In this document: positions 34,121 through 47,932 of the stretch, piece after piece
How the letters are laid out: every line of letters begins with the position of its first letter
Numbering within the stretch: position 1 is the stretch's first letter
NCBI GenBank assembly: GCA_050273025.1
Contig: CP158635.1
Coordinates: 23,188,001 to 23,252,000, forward strand
DNA from: Cenococcum geophilum
Lineage: Eukaryota
Direction of reading: 5' to 3'
DNA: 64,000 bases
Program-made: the position numbers and the translations under genes
Notes under the pieces: generated by a model
Told to the model about the DNA's origin: nothing
What the model saw: only the letters and a program-made list of their open reading frames with translations
Databases searched by the model: none

Positions 34121-37100
34121 CTATTGAGAGCGGGGGAGAGAGTGAAGAAATTTCTTGCCTAAGAGTAGCTTGCTCTTCCGGCGAGTTCTGAAAATGCTGT
34201 CAGTAACCAATTTACTTCATTTGAGAGCAGTGCTATAAAGAGCTTACGTGTCCTCCGAATCCTCGGCTGCGGTTGCCAAGCCGTCTTTTGGACGTGACTT
34301 GTGACTAATGTTCGTGAGGTGTCTACTTAGACTCGAGCGGATGGTTTCACGATCGGGCTGTGATGTAATTGTTAGTAATGAATACTCTTTAGAAGATCAC
34401 AGGAGTTTCTGAAGGGTCTCAGTTTGATAGCACTCACCTCCGTCTGATCAACTCTACTCAATTCGTCAGCAAATTTTTGTCCCTCTGCCTCAAGTCCAAC
34501 CTTTCCAGCCCCCTGCGTCCATTTCGCCCCAGTTCCGGATTTCAAACTACTCTCGTAGCTATCTGTCACACTCAGTGTGCTTCCTCTTCCGCTTGTGAAG
34601 CTCCTCCTCGGCTCACCGCTTGCTTCACTGCCCTCGTCGTCACTAGGACTACGGTCACGTACGCTGTTACTCTCACTCGTTCCTGAGAGGTTGGGAGACG
34701 TATTCAGCAGCGTAGATGAGTTGGCAATTTGGCGTAGGCGAGACTGCTGTTGCTTCGTCGGGCGGTGATGGGAGAACTTGTTTCCGACGATTGCACCAGC
34801 ATGCGAGATGAGTGCTCTGATGACATCCTTCTTTAGCTGCAGAGCAAGGTCCAGATTCGACCATGTCTTGTTCCGATATTCCAGGATCGGCATACGAAAT
34901 ACAAGATCGTGGACGTCTTCCATGTTATGTTGGCCCTTACCCTTATAAGACAGACAGAGAACCATGCTTGGTATTTTGACATATGCCAGCGTCATATAGT
35001 TTGAGGCTCTAGTCATCATTTGCGTCAGATCATCAGAGCGGCCATCCTTGCTATTGGATTTGTTATTGTTAGCAGCACGATGTAGTGTGAAGCGCTTAGA
35101 GGATCTGTCGCCATCTGAGCTATTAGCAACCGATAGATTGGAGCCGGAACGGTAGCTGCTGGGGCGGGAGCTCAAAGTTAAGGTATCGGAGGAAGCATCG
35201 CGATTGCTGTGAAGTGTTTTACGAAGGTCAATTCCGGACTTGTTAGTTTCTCTGAAGAGTCGAAGATGATGCACGTTCGAGCGAACACCGTGCCCTGACG
35301 ATTTAGGCCGACCAAGCGATGACTTCGGTTGTCGTTTCTCGGGAAGCGTTAGTGTCGGTTGCAGCCTCAATTCTAGTGAGCTAGCACTAGCTTCGGAATT
35401 TTTGAACAATTCCAGGTCAAGGCTCTGGACGTCGGCTGAAATACTATCAGAAGCGTGTTGCCCGGCCTCTGTCTCGCCTTCTTCCTCCTGAGTGGGTAGA
35501 ATATGCTTGACCAAGAACGGCGAAAAGCCACCATTCTCTCCGTTCGAATTTGCGTTTGGGAAGATATATTCGAATAGTTTCATGCCAATTTCATGCTCCA
35601 GCTGTACCTTTAACGGGAAAAGATTGACTTCAAAATGATCCATAACCGGAATGCCAGCGATAGCTTCCAGCATAAACCAATGCACTCTTAGCATTTTAGT
35701 GTCGCGACCTTCAGCAAATGGCCTGTTGTTGTCGATGTAAGGTGCGATCATCTCGGGATATAGAGCATTAGGAAGCAGGTTAAGCCCATGGATACGCTCA
35801 ATCTCCATAGAATTCAGGTTCGATCCATCATTATTGTCAGTCCGGTCATACAGCGCATTCTTTAGTTGAAACTCTGCGAGCGACTCTGAACTCTCACGCA
35901 TAAGGTGCCACACAATTTCAGATGCCGAGATATACCATCGAAGTAGGCCATTAGACTGCTTGGTTTGAGCTCGGTCGTCCATTTTTCGCTGTGACGTTGT
36001 AATGGCTTTCATGATGAAGAAAAGTTCATCTTCGCAGACAGTCAGATCCTGTTCCATTGTTATGCGATCTCTCCATCCCTGGCGATCGAGATACTTCTCG
36101 TTGACTTGAAAGTGGAGCTTAATCTCTTCTAGTTGCCGAATTCTCTCTTGGAGGCTGATGACCATCTCCGGTGCTCCAGTAAGGTCACTGAAGTCAGAAG
36201 CAAGCATGATTTTTTCCAGCCTCTCGCTTCTTGTCTTCTCTAATGGCTCGCTGTACAGCAGTAAATCGAGCACAATAATGTACATTGCATAATATTGCGT
36301 GGAATTGCACAGAGCTCTGACATGTGGGAAGTCGATCCAGAGATGATCAATGCGGTTCTCAAGATTTTCCGGACTTCTACTATGACTGGAATTTGCGCCA
36401 GTGACATCGTCATTGTATTTGAGCCGAAGAGTGTTATACTTATCGTATCGCATACTAGCTGAAGTCCTCTGTATAACTCTCTGGAACCCGAAAGGATTAG
36501 TATTGAACTCGAACATGACCTCGAATGGCACCCAAGGTGGCCAAGACGATCCCTTTGGTGTACCGTATGTACTTCCGGAATACATATGAAGGTCTTCAGT
36601 GGTAAAGGTCCTTGAATTGGTGACAAAAATCTGGAGACTGTCCATAGCGGCTGAGAATCTGCGTTGCACTAGGCCGCTAACGTCGTCTGTCACCCTATCT
36701 TTGTCCATAATCTGGATGACTTTCAACTGCATCCCTTTAGCAGTAACTAGAACGGCGGATTTGGTGTTCTTTTCACTCTGGAGCTGGATCTGAGGTGCAA
36801 TCAGACGAACGTGATAGGTGTTTTGTGGAGTATACTCAAGGGCGATATAATCGCCCATATTGTCGGCTGACGGTTTTGTGCTTTCAGAATGAACTGGATC
36901 ATTCGCGCTGACAAACTTCTTTCCATCTTCTAGTAGTTGTTGAACCCGATCATTGATGCTCAGCTCATCGTCCTCTTGTGGTGAGAGGGGACTCGTCGCC
37001 GAAGAAGTGCCGCTGTTAGTATGGGGCATTGGTGACTGTTTTGATTTGGACTGCTCCTCCACAATATCTAGGATGAACTTAACTGCTCTTCGGGACATGT

Positions 37101-40100
37101 AGTAGACGAAACCCCGCCGCTGGCTGACCTGGTGGATATATCGCAGAATGATATTTCGAAGCGAGTTGCTCCACTTGAGATGCACATTGTGAACAATGAA
37201 ACGGTTGTTGAAGTCGCTGATATAATCAGCCAGGGGCGTTGAATCCACACCTTTCACTTCAGGATCCGACACGTCATACTCTTCTCGAGCCTCAAAATAC
37301 TCATCCTCTTCATTCTCAATTCCAGGGACGACCCGGGGGTCATTCTGCTCGAGACGGTTTACGAGACTGTTGTACATTGACCGGAGCAATTCCTGCTTTC
37401 TTTGGAGCGTGATGCTATGGTTGCGTAGTAGCTCAATGCGTTTCCTCATATGATCTTGGTTTTCACTATCACGAATGACCTTCAATTCTTGTTCCCCAAT
37501 AGCCCGCTGATTTTGCAGCACCTGCTCATTCACTCTTTTAAGCCGTTCCTGAATAAGCCTACATTGTACCCTGCGGGGATCATTTCTCGCCGACATAACA
37601 CAATAGTGGGTGTCTTCGTTTCCAAAGGGACTGGATCTATGAGAATCTCCGGAAACATAGTCAGGGTTGTCCGTTTGACGGAAATATGTAAAGCGAGGTG
37701 CAAATGCTAGAGGCAAAATAGTGGTCTCGGGATTACGATCGGCGGGTAGTATCCATCCAAGTTCAACAAAGTCATCCATGTCAACCCACTCGAAGTTCTG
37801 ATCAGGTATGGTGAATTTAGAAAGATCCGCGCCAATGTGGTCTTCTTGATAAGAAGCAAGCATTTCATCAGTCGCAGTTTCCAGATCCCCTGGGTTTGTT
37901 CCACTAATGCTTGCGGATACGGCTCGGACATCAGCTGAAATGAAGTCAACCTGAGCCTGATTAATTCGCATGCCAGTGGTTTGATTCTGCTTGTTATTTT
38001 CTTGATTTTTTGGGACTTGAACTTGGGTGCGGAACTCCTCGCGACGCTGATGAACATCCAACATGAAGCTATCCAGGCGAACTTTGAGGCCAGTAGCAGA
38101 GACTACACCTCCGCCGTAGTCCTCGGCATCTTTATGTTTGTATATGTGGCTCATGTATAGCGGAGACAATAGGAGGTTGTACTTGATGGTTGCAAGGTGG
38201 CGGCCGAATTTCTTACTTGACTTTTCCACACCGGGCCAAAGCTTGCCTTGACGGATTGGGAGAGACATGACGCCGGAGAACATAGACCACCAGCTGTAGA
38301 AATGGGTGAAGAACCGGGGGGTAAGATGGACGCTATTGTAATTCGTGGAAGGTTCAAGATTTGATACGTCCCAGTTTCGGTCAAAGGGGGCAGCGACGGC
38401 AACGGACATATGGATGTGGTGACTTCGAAATCCTCGGAAGGCGTCGTATGGCTAGTAAAACGTCAGTCACTTATTTCCATGGAATAGTAATATAGGCCTT
38501 ACCTTTCCGTCTACAGACTTCGCATATTTAGGGTTCTTCCACACTACCTCGTAGTGAGGTATAAAGTCGAATGATCGCCCTCCATCATCTAGATTCCTTT
38601 CGAAAACTAGGCCAGACAGCCATTGAACATTGCCGTTCAGTTTCATGATCGTCTTTTTGAAAACAGCGGTCTGATTGTAGCTTGAGATACTCGAAGATGC
38701 TTCCGAGTTATTAGAGCGATCGAGCTCAGATTCTTGTCTTGCGTAGTGACCAAGGTCAGGAATCGCCAGAATGTAACCACCGCTATTGACAACCATGAAT
38801 TTCTTGGGATCGTTATCGTGGGATATGGTCCAGCGGACGTCGTTGTGCCAACACATTACAAAGCCAGCACCTTGTCCTGTGACCATGTACGGATCTCGGG
38901 AACCTAGTCTACTCAGTCAGTAATGTGTAATGGATATTTGAAACGATCACGGACCTTTGAGTATAAGATGGACATCTCCGTCACCCTTCCATGCAACTTT
39001 GACCCGAGAATGGAAAGTTAGCCTAATCTTGTCCCAAAAACCCACTCTCTCAGATGGGTCAATGGCTGGTTTTGTGAACCCTTCTATGACTTGCATCATA
39101 TCTTGGATTGCTGGTTGGTATGATGTGCCCCAAGTAATGCGTGTGGGATACCCGCTGTTGATCTCGATGTCTACATCGGAATAAGTCTTGACAGGAGATA
39201 CGGTCCTTCGAACATCGATAGCAAAACCACCAGACTCTTCACCCGACTCTATTGTCTCCGGCGGAACTACAACGATTCGGGAAGTTCGGGAAGACTCTAT
39301 ATCTCTGAATTCCTCTGCAATGACAAAGTCTGTCCGCAAGGATAAGCTTGGTAACCTTGGTGATTGCCCATGCCGTATTGCTGGGACATGAAGCAAAGGC
39401 AAGGGATAGTCACGCAATGTAACTCTTGCTTCACCCATATTGATTTGCACATGCGTTGGTATGAGCAATGAATACTGCATGTCGAATGGCATGCCTTTAC
39501 CGATCCGATTAAGAAACTTGGGGTAATCGTGGACAGGAAAAGATGGCTTGTCTAGAAGAATGTCCAAATCACTAATGAGTACTGCCATGAGAGCTGGGCG
39601 TTGGGGGATTGCAAGAATCGTCTCCTTCTGTTCGACTTCATCCGGAAGTTCATCAAGGCCCCAAAAGATGGATCGTATATCTTGCATGGCACGGTTTTGG
39701 CAAGTAAGACCATGGTCAATTCTTTTCTTCCATGTCTGGGCGTTTAGCCGATCTAGTTTATCTCGTGCTTTTCCAGCTGTGGTTCGAGAAATCTCGCTCA
39801 AGTCTGAATACCCTTCCTTATCGTAGCGCATCTGCCGATCCGGCCTGCATGAGCGCCCGGGAGAGTCACGATCGCTGTGGACCTCGCTCTTACTACGGTC
39901 TTTAATGCTCTTTTCTTTGCGAAGCTTGCTCCTCCCACGTGGCTGATGAGCCGACTTGGCACGGTAGCGGGAGTTTCCACGCCGATCTTCCATCTCTCTA
40001 AGTTTCTTCAGCTTCAAGTTGAACGCGTCTTCTCGAGCAAGTCTCTGCTTCTGCTCCAATAGTCCAAGACGATAAATAACTCCAAGTTTCCATTCGAAGG

Positions 40101-43100
40101 AACCATCCTCAATCTCGAAAAGCAGCGCTTGGCTTCGTAGTGATATTCTGGGGACATGTTTCGGCACCTCTGGCTCCTTATCTAGAATGTATTCGTTGCT
40201 ATTTGTTTGGAAACGATGATGCAGTTGTTGAACTGTCTTTACAACGTTTGTTAAGTTGTCGAATACTTTATGCACGACCAGCTGATGAGGGACTGCTAAG
40301 CGTATGGCGTCAGTCGCAATATCGATTGATTTTTCCTCCGTGATCATTGTTCCGTATTTCCGTCGGGACTGTCTGAAGTCTACTCGAAGTGTCTTCACAC
40401 TCACAACACGGCTCCATACGCGCTTGATCTTTGGTGTCTCGGTGTAAAGTCGTACAAGTCGTGACCTCACGAATGGGTTTGTCCATCTATGGCGGCCGGC
40501 CTCCAACCCATGGACTTGCACCATCAAGGGCGGATCGGAAGGCATGTCGGCCTTAATTTGCACAAACGCTGCCTTGAAGTCCAGTGCGACAATCTCATTT
40601 CTCAAGCCTGTGGCCGGATCTATATCGTCCCCATCCATAGAAGGCGGAGACAGATGCCGGGCCATTCGCGGCTCGCTTGCAACTCCATTCGAACGATCTG
40701 GTTGGCTATTGAACGTTTTGCGAAGGACCACCGCAGCAACACCAAGTGCAAAATGGCGGTATAAAGAGTAATGAATGAATAGGCTTTTAGCATAGGAGTT
40801 GATATGGAAAACGGGGCCCAACTTATCAGTCGATGTTGTAAAAGCTACTTCAATTCGTGGAAGTGAGAAAAACGGCTCTTGTTCCCAGATATCAGCAGCC
40901 TCAACCACAAAGCCTTCAAGACCTTGCCAATGTAGTGCAAGACGCCTACCGTCAGTGCTATCTCCGAGCTTTCTTCGGGGAGACGCTGGGCTTGATGGTT
41001 TAAGGAGATAATCATCACGGTTAATGGTTCTGCTTGCTCTTCGCCTTGATGGACGTGAATCAGTATCATCACCCTTGTTTTGCTTGTACTCGGCAGTCCA
41101 GGAATCGAGATGTAGAGCAAGGCCTCGAGTATGCTTGGATACTTCCGGGTCCACCCCCGCCACCTCAATGTTGAAGTCCGAGCCTTGGAAATGAGCATGG
41201 AGGAGCCACGCAGGCCACCTTCGCAAGAAGTTTGGTCGTCTGCTGCGTGGTGAAACTTGTCTCTTTCGAACAACATCGCTCTGAAGCTGAGCTACGATCT
41301 GACGGAGGCCTTCACTTATCTCTGGTCGAACCATGTAGATCGAGAAGGTTTGAATGTTACCATTCATAACCACAATAACTTCTGGCGAAGCACTGAGTTG
41401 AAGTTTCAGTTCTAGACTATCTGTCAAAAGGAGGTTGTGCTTTTCGCTGGATGCTGTTTGATAGTAAAGTTGGTGGGAGTTGATTCGAAACGTAGAAATA
41501 AGTGAGTAATGGAGATCCCCGTCCGCCGAATGCGATGATTCCACATCCAGCGAGATTGATGACATAGCCGATATTAGTAGATCAAACTCATCGGTCTCCT
41601 GCTTTGCAGGCTCCATTGGGGGGAGGGTTACTCGAATTACAGGCTCATGAATGGATATCTTGATGCTAGCTTTCGGGAGAAGACGAGAGAGCAAATGACG
41701 CTTGTGATGTCGCATTGGCGGTTTTGATCTCTTTTTGGAATTTTGGAAAAGCGCCAGTACAAAGGGTAAGTGCTTGGGATCCAGATCGAGGGATGGGGAG
41801 GTGACCACGAGGTTTGCAAACAGAATGTTAGTATTTCTCTCGTCCACATTTTTCTCTTTCGAAAATTGGATTGTCTTCGATGGAAGAGTAGTATTGACTG
41901 TGGTTGTTGCCATGGGTACATAGAGAAGCCGCTCGGGGTGATCATGGCCATCATCAATACCCACTGAAATAGATATGGCTGCAATAAGGGCCTGATGCGC
42001 GATATCATTTGGAGAGAAGTACATTAAATGCGCAGGACTCCGAGGGTCAAGTCGTAACAAATCCATTCCCACCTCCTTCATGGACATATTGAGGAATATT
42101 GGAGGGCCAGAGGAATGAACTGACTGGATTTGCTTAGTCAAACCAAAGAAGCTCACGGCAAACTGGATTTCCTGGATACCCCTCAGGATAGAGCTAGCAA
42201 ATTCTTTCGAGTCAGAAACCGTCCGAACTATATTTTCTTCGCGGCTCCCAGGTTGGTCCAACTCTTCCATAACATCTGTGAACGAAATTTCAGTCTCACT
42301 TGCATTTGTTGCTCGCCTTCCGTAAACGCTGCGGCAATGCTTGGCTCGATCCATGCTGGTCCTGATATCGTCATATGGAAGACTCAATCGACCAAGCTTC
42401 AGCGCAATGGATGCATCACGTAGACCATCCAAATCTTTGTAGAGCAAGCCATGTATGTTGAGTGTACAATGATCCAGAATTTCCGTGGAATCCTTACCTT
42501 CTGGCGTAAATAGAACGCTTCGAACTGTAAAAATCCACTCAGCAGGCCGTTGTTTCTTCGATGAATTCGACCTCCGATGCTGGAACAATCGACTTCGGTC
42601 CAAGGTCTTGCGTCTAGTATCAACAGCCATTGTGAAACTTCCGACCTGAACAGACCCAACATCCACAATAGCAAGAGTTGATGTTGACGCAACCAGGTCC
42701 ACTAGCCTTATCCATTTGATTTTCCGGTGTAATCGCTTTATCCTCTCTTTGGCACGTGTCAGTGTTTCCCAAGTTCGACTTCTCTGACTTTCAAAGTCAC
42801 CATTATCGTCCAATGCATCCTCCTCCCCTGCTGAAGTCTCAGACGAGGAGATGTTGCCAGATATCTTTTCAGTCGATCCGTTTGCCCAGTGTGTCCATGG
42901 AGCACGCTTTCGCGGTTTCTCACCCAAAGTCTTTAAATCTACTGTGACCTTTAACTCCGTCAAGACTACACTAAGCCACGTCGGTTGTGCGAAGGTAGGA
43001 CGATGTAGGGTGAGGCCGAGGCCGCGAATTTCGATCTTGAGTCCATCTTTGGGCGTATATGCAATGCGGCGCAAACCAGAGAAACCCAGTCTCTGGATGG

Positions 43101-43200
43101 ATATGCCGGTTACGACTCGAATGAAGGCGAAGAGAACGAAGGAGGAAAGGTAGGCGAGCAGGATAAGCCCTGCCACGAAGGAGACAGAAGGAAGCACCAT
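34121..43200 (-). CDS. FMP27: FMP27/Hobbit (BLTP2 family) bridge-like lipid transfer protein; exons 43200-38955, 38903-38503, 38451-34438, 34357-34248, 34187-34121
   Basis: About 2950 aa; N-terminal TM followed by GISIQRLG; GFWDKIRL and SWPPW motifs; C-terminal Apt1-type region (YVKIPS..LCLSYKG...YRNKTWSNLDL); canonical introns. Confidence 0.92.
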
Positions 43201-43934
43201 TGTCGATTAACCGCCATGGGTTGTTGCCCTTTGTTGCGCGGTCCCAGGTGGTGCTCGGTGGAGCTGCTCACAGGCTTTCGGAAAGTCGCCGAAGAGCTCA
43301 CAATGAATAACAAGGGCCATGCTAAGGAATCACCATCATCGCGATAAAGTCGTCAAGGTGGCCGCTGTTGGGATGTCGTAATGCGGCACAAATAAATGAC
43401 GGAGGTGCCGGAGCTACCGGAGACGCAGACTCCCCTCAAACAGCGCAGAAATTGTCGAAAGCAAAGAAGCTGATTAATATGACTGATTGGGGATGCCTTC
43501 GATAGATGTCGGAGCTGGCACCGTCGAGAGTTTATCTGTTGCACGTCAGAAGAATGCCCAGATGTCACCCTCGCGAGCTTCCAAGGCAGGTCTAACTTGC
43601 CTTGTCCCTGCCACGCTTACCTTGCCGACCGGAAAGGCCAGGCAGAACCAATGGCACGCGAGCTCAACACCAAAAGTCTATACAAGATGACACTGCAACT
43701 ATTGACCGATCTAAAATTTAAAATAGATTCTACGTATATCCACAGACTATCGATCATGCTAAATTTGCATATTAATCAAATAATTGAACGAGCACTCCTC
43801 CAGCATCATAGTCTATCCCCACATAACAGTTTTTGAAATATCATCCAACTGCAACTACTAGAACAAAATACCTTCTAAATAACCATCGAATTCCACTAAT
43901 CGAATCCGAACAACCGAGCTTTCTTAATCGAACT

Positions 43935-44720
43935 CTACCAATCAAATCTTTCCGTACGCAGCATAATCTCCTTACTAAGACCTCCCCCCGTCTACACCCG
44001 TCGCTGTACACCTTCTACAACATTACATACGTCCACCTTCAATCCGTTAGGTCCACATCATATTACCGCCGTTCTTTGATTTCCTACAAATCCGTGAATC
44101 ACCTCTGTAATATTCGGTCGCACACCTAGGCGAAGCAAGGAGTGTCCTGGGCCACGTATTATCATCTCTTTCGCTAAAGTATCGCCGCTGTCTTTCTGTG
44201 AATTTGAGTCAATGCTGACATCAATTTTATCAGTCGATAGAGGCACAGTCACGGGTGTTGCTCCCATGGACGAATAAGTGGAACCAGCGAGTGAGGTGCG
44301 GTCTGTCACGTACACATTAATGGTAAGAGAGTCTTCCCCGAGTGCCAAGCTGGCAGCGGCAAGTTCTTCAGATATCCACCCCATGTTCTCAGCTTTTCGG
44401 ACCATCCAGACAAGACGCACTCGCCTCGTAATTGCTCTTTCCGCCCGCATGCAATTCACAAGGTACAACAACAACGGCAGCACGGCTGTTATTCCACCAC
44501 CACAGGCGATTACAATAACGTCTTGATAACGGTGCACTAGAGAGCGTATGTGCCGCAAGGCCCATCGACGACAGTTGAAAAATGATGTTCCAGAGTGGGT
44601 GTATTGGATGCGAAATTGAGAAGTGTGCTTGTGAAGCTGGTATGATAAATCGAGGGTTATTTGGAGAATCACCATAGTCCGGTTCTCCATTTTCATTCTT
44701 TCCAGAGAAACCATATACAA
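43935..44720 (-). pseudogene. Ferric reductase-like C-terminal remnant (FAD/NAD-binding region)
   Basis: VDGPCG in a shifted frame near 44550; IACGGGITAVLP; VRLVWMVR; after the stop at 44058 the same frame continues CGPNGL...RTERFDW* with another internal stop; no N-terminal TM region seen. Confidence 0.75.
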
Positions 44721-44854
44721 ACTTGTTAATAAAGCAAGCTAGGAGGCCTTAATTTAGCAAGCAAGAAAGCTGGAAGGAGGTTAGCTTGCTTGTTAAGCTT
44801 GCTTAGCTTAGGGGTAGGCAAGTGCTCTACCCTCCCTATAAGGATGCACAAACC

Positions 44855-46223
44855 ATGTACTCACGCCTCTTTGTTATGCTTTAAGTTTATTTAGCAATTC
44901 TTCGCGATGTCTTACCGGCTAGGAACCCTCCTCAGTCTATACTTATGTATTATTCTCAGCGTGGCTTTGGTGGAGGCTGTATTATATTCTACCACTCCAA
45001 CTGGGATCCTTTAGAAACCCCTGTATCTAAGTCTGGGCTAGGAGACGTACGTATAGTCTTATTTACGAACTTGGAGCTTAGTCATCCGGAGATATTCCAA
45101 TGTATATGCGCTATTTGCTCTTAAAGGGTTGGGCCTTCTTCGAAATATTGGAAACTACTTAGATCTACCTCTCAACTAATTTTCTATTGGGCTCAGATTG
45201 TTACCGCAGGCAAAAAATTTGTTACTACTTGGAAACCCACAACATCTATCGCCATATCTCTCGTACTATTACAGGAGCCTTCGACCAATGTCGTTCCAGT
45301 CACAGCAATAGCTGAGGAGATTTCTAATACGGGCACCTTTGGCTGGACACCTAGCACTAGTCTAGAATCAGATTCACACTACGGTCTTCAACTCATTGTG
45401 GATAGTACCGGGCAATATCGATGTGAGTATGGACCAGAGGTTTGGGGTCGCATCACAGAATACATTGGATGCACGGAAGTGCGGAATTAATGTTCATTGT
45501 CGAGGGTTTGATAGACTCGACAAATCCACAATCTCAAATACTAGTGCAGCAAAAACTTGTTCATCCCAACCAGCTACGCTGCCCTCTTCGTCTCCGTTCT
45601 CCCAACATCCATCGTCTGCTGTTTCTTCGCCGACATTGGCGGAATCCTCGCCTCCAAGCATTGTATCATCTCCTAAACCCGCCGCTACTTCCTCCACCAC
45701 CGTTACTAGTCCGGCTGAGTCGTCTACTTATTCTTCTTTTGCTATTAAGCAGTCCTCTGTTAGCGTTGTCTCCTCCGTCATTCCGGCTTCCGTCTCTTCA
45801 GCATCTAACGTTGGTGATGCCACTCAGGTTCTCGTCTCTATACCATCTTCCCGGTCCGCATCTAGTTCAACAATTTTCGGAAATTCATTGGCATTAGTTA
45901 TCCTTCCTGGCGCTTCAAGCTCTAGTGGACGATCTATGAGCTCTAAGATTGGCATTGCCGCAGGAGTACCTGTTGGATTATTGATTGTTGCCTCAATTGT
46001 TTCATTCTACATACTACATCGGCGCCACAAAAGTAGGGTCGCCGATAATGACGGATCGGGCCAGCCCGCTGCCACCGACTATGTTCGTGAAGCTTACGAG
46101 ATCCAAGGTCGCGGTATATCAAGGTATGAGATGATCACTAAGGCAAATACTGCGGAGCTTTCTGCAGACGGAAAGGGCGTGGAAACAAGGGCAGTGGCTA
46201 TTGAGCCCTCTGCTGTGTGTTGA
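44855..46223 (+). pseudogene. Kre9/KNH-like N-terminal domain, Ser/Thr-rich stalk, single TM protein; probably degenerate
   Basis: Exon about 45197-45422 reads IVTAGKKFVTTWKPTT...NTGTFGWTPS...YGLQLIVDSTGQYR; Ser-rich region and TM KIGIAAGVPVGLLIVASIVSFYIL-HRRHK; 5' exon looks disrupted and the canonical acceptor at 45514 gives the wrong frame; 5' boundary uncertain. Confidence 0.6.
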
Positions 46224-47932
46224 AAGTAGATACATTGGTTGCATAAATTATCCCTCCAATCTTGGAGGGCTGGTAGCTATATAATACAATATTGAGGAGG
46301 CTGGGTACCCAGCCTTCTTACGCCACCAGAAGGTCGAATCTCAACACTGTGGAAGAGTCTATTCCATATGGAAAAGCGGAACTACCTGCTGAGATACCTA
46401 GACGACCAAATGATGCTGAGCGGGTAAGTCAAGCTCAGTTGAGAAATAGATACCCATAATTACAAAGCACATCTTTCTATTTCTAATAACGGCTCGCTGT
46501 AGCCAGGCTGCTTCATTGCATCACAGCATTGATGTATTTGAAGCCAAGCCAGCATAATCAGCTAGCTGTAGAAACCGAAGAGCGCCTGATTCAAATTAGG
46601 TAAAAATTTCATTACTGTCTGTGATCATTGTCTGAACTTCGGGGCGATGTTTCTATAGTACGGTGTTAATGAAATTGAGATTATATATTGTAGCAAGAAG
46701 CAAGTGTAGAGCAAGCTTTCCTCAGCAGGAGTCGGCGTGTGGAGGGCGGATTACGCTTGCGGGAGATGTGCCCGGCTGTAAATGAATTTAGGACTAGGAA
46801 AGATTTCATTTAGCTTATTCAAATACTTAACTATTCTCATGACGCTTCTTAAAATTAAATTAAGTTTATAATTAAAGGAATAAAAAGGAAGTACTTTTAC
46901 TTAGTAATAAATTAGTAAAAACTAATGTAAGCTTTGCAGTGTTTACCTCAGCGAGCTCAGACTAAGAAATCGATTGTGCGGATATAGGAATATCCGCACC
47001 GTCCGCTAAGCTGATTTAGGACGGCAATCGTTTTCTTGGTCTGAGGCACTTTGGCGAGCTTTATAGAAAACCTAAACACGGTTTATATAAGAAGACCTTA
47101 TTAACTTTAACGAAATTAATCTACCCTCCCATAATACCTGTTAATATAAAAATTACACCAAATTATAGAGAAAAGCCTACTCTATAAGTTATGAGATCTT
47201 CAGCTCCTTATACACGCGCGACGTTAAGAGGAATTCGTCACCGTAGAGGCCCCAATTCTACCTCTATACCGCCGAGCCGTGCAGTAAACACTAACGCTGA
47301 ACGCTTACATCCACGCCGCCAGCCCTCTACACAGCCAGTGGATATTCTAGCGGATATTCCATCTGCTAGTCAGACAAAGATATTAAAGGAAGAGAAGGTT
47401 AATATCGTAAAGGACCTTCTATATTAATAGGGCTGGTCTTTTTATAGGCTAATCTTTAAGTACTTAGAAAGCGAGAACGGGCATAGAGGTAATAGGAAGA
47501 AGAAGAAAGTAGGGGACCTACTTATTGCTTTACTAGAGAAAAATGAAATATAAGAAGAGCTTATTAATAGGGCTAAAATTTATATAACGCTAGTAACCTA
47601 TACTACCCACTATATTTAGAAAGAATTTTACTAACTATAATTATAACGCGGCCCCTTTAACACATGGACTCCAGATATAGAGTTTTAGGATATTAACCTT
47701 AAGAATATAGCCCAGTTTATTTAGCAGCACGGTCCGCTACTATTTTAGCTTATTAAGGGGATATCTGTATTAAATAGAGAGGAATATAGTTAGGATCCGC
47801 ATGGCGGACGTATAGTTATAGTTACCTTTATATTCCTCTTAGGGTTTACCTAAAACTCTATAAATGGTTTTACCCGTCTACTTAGTTTATATCTTTAGGC
47901 GCTTAGTATAAAGCGCTATATACTATCTTTCC

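Noticed and set aside
27325..43313. Many short antisense or overlapping ORFs within IRS4, LIG4 and FMP27
   Set aside because: Shadow ORFs of long coding sequences with no independent motifs
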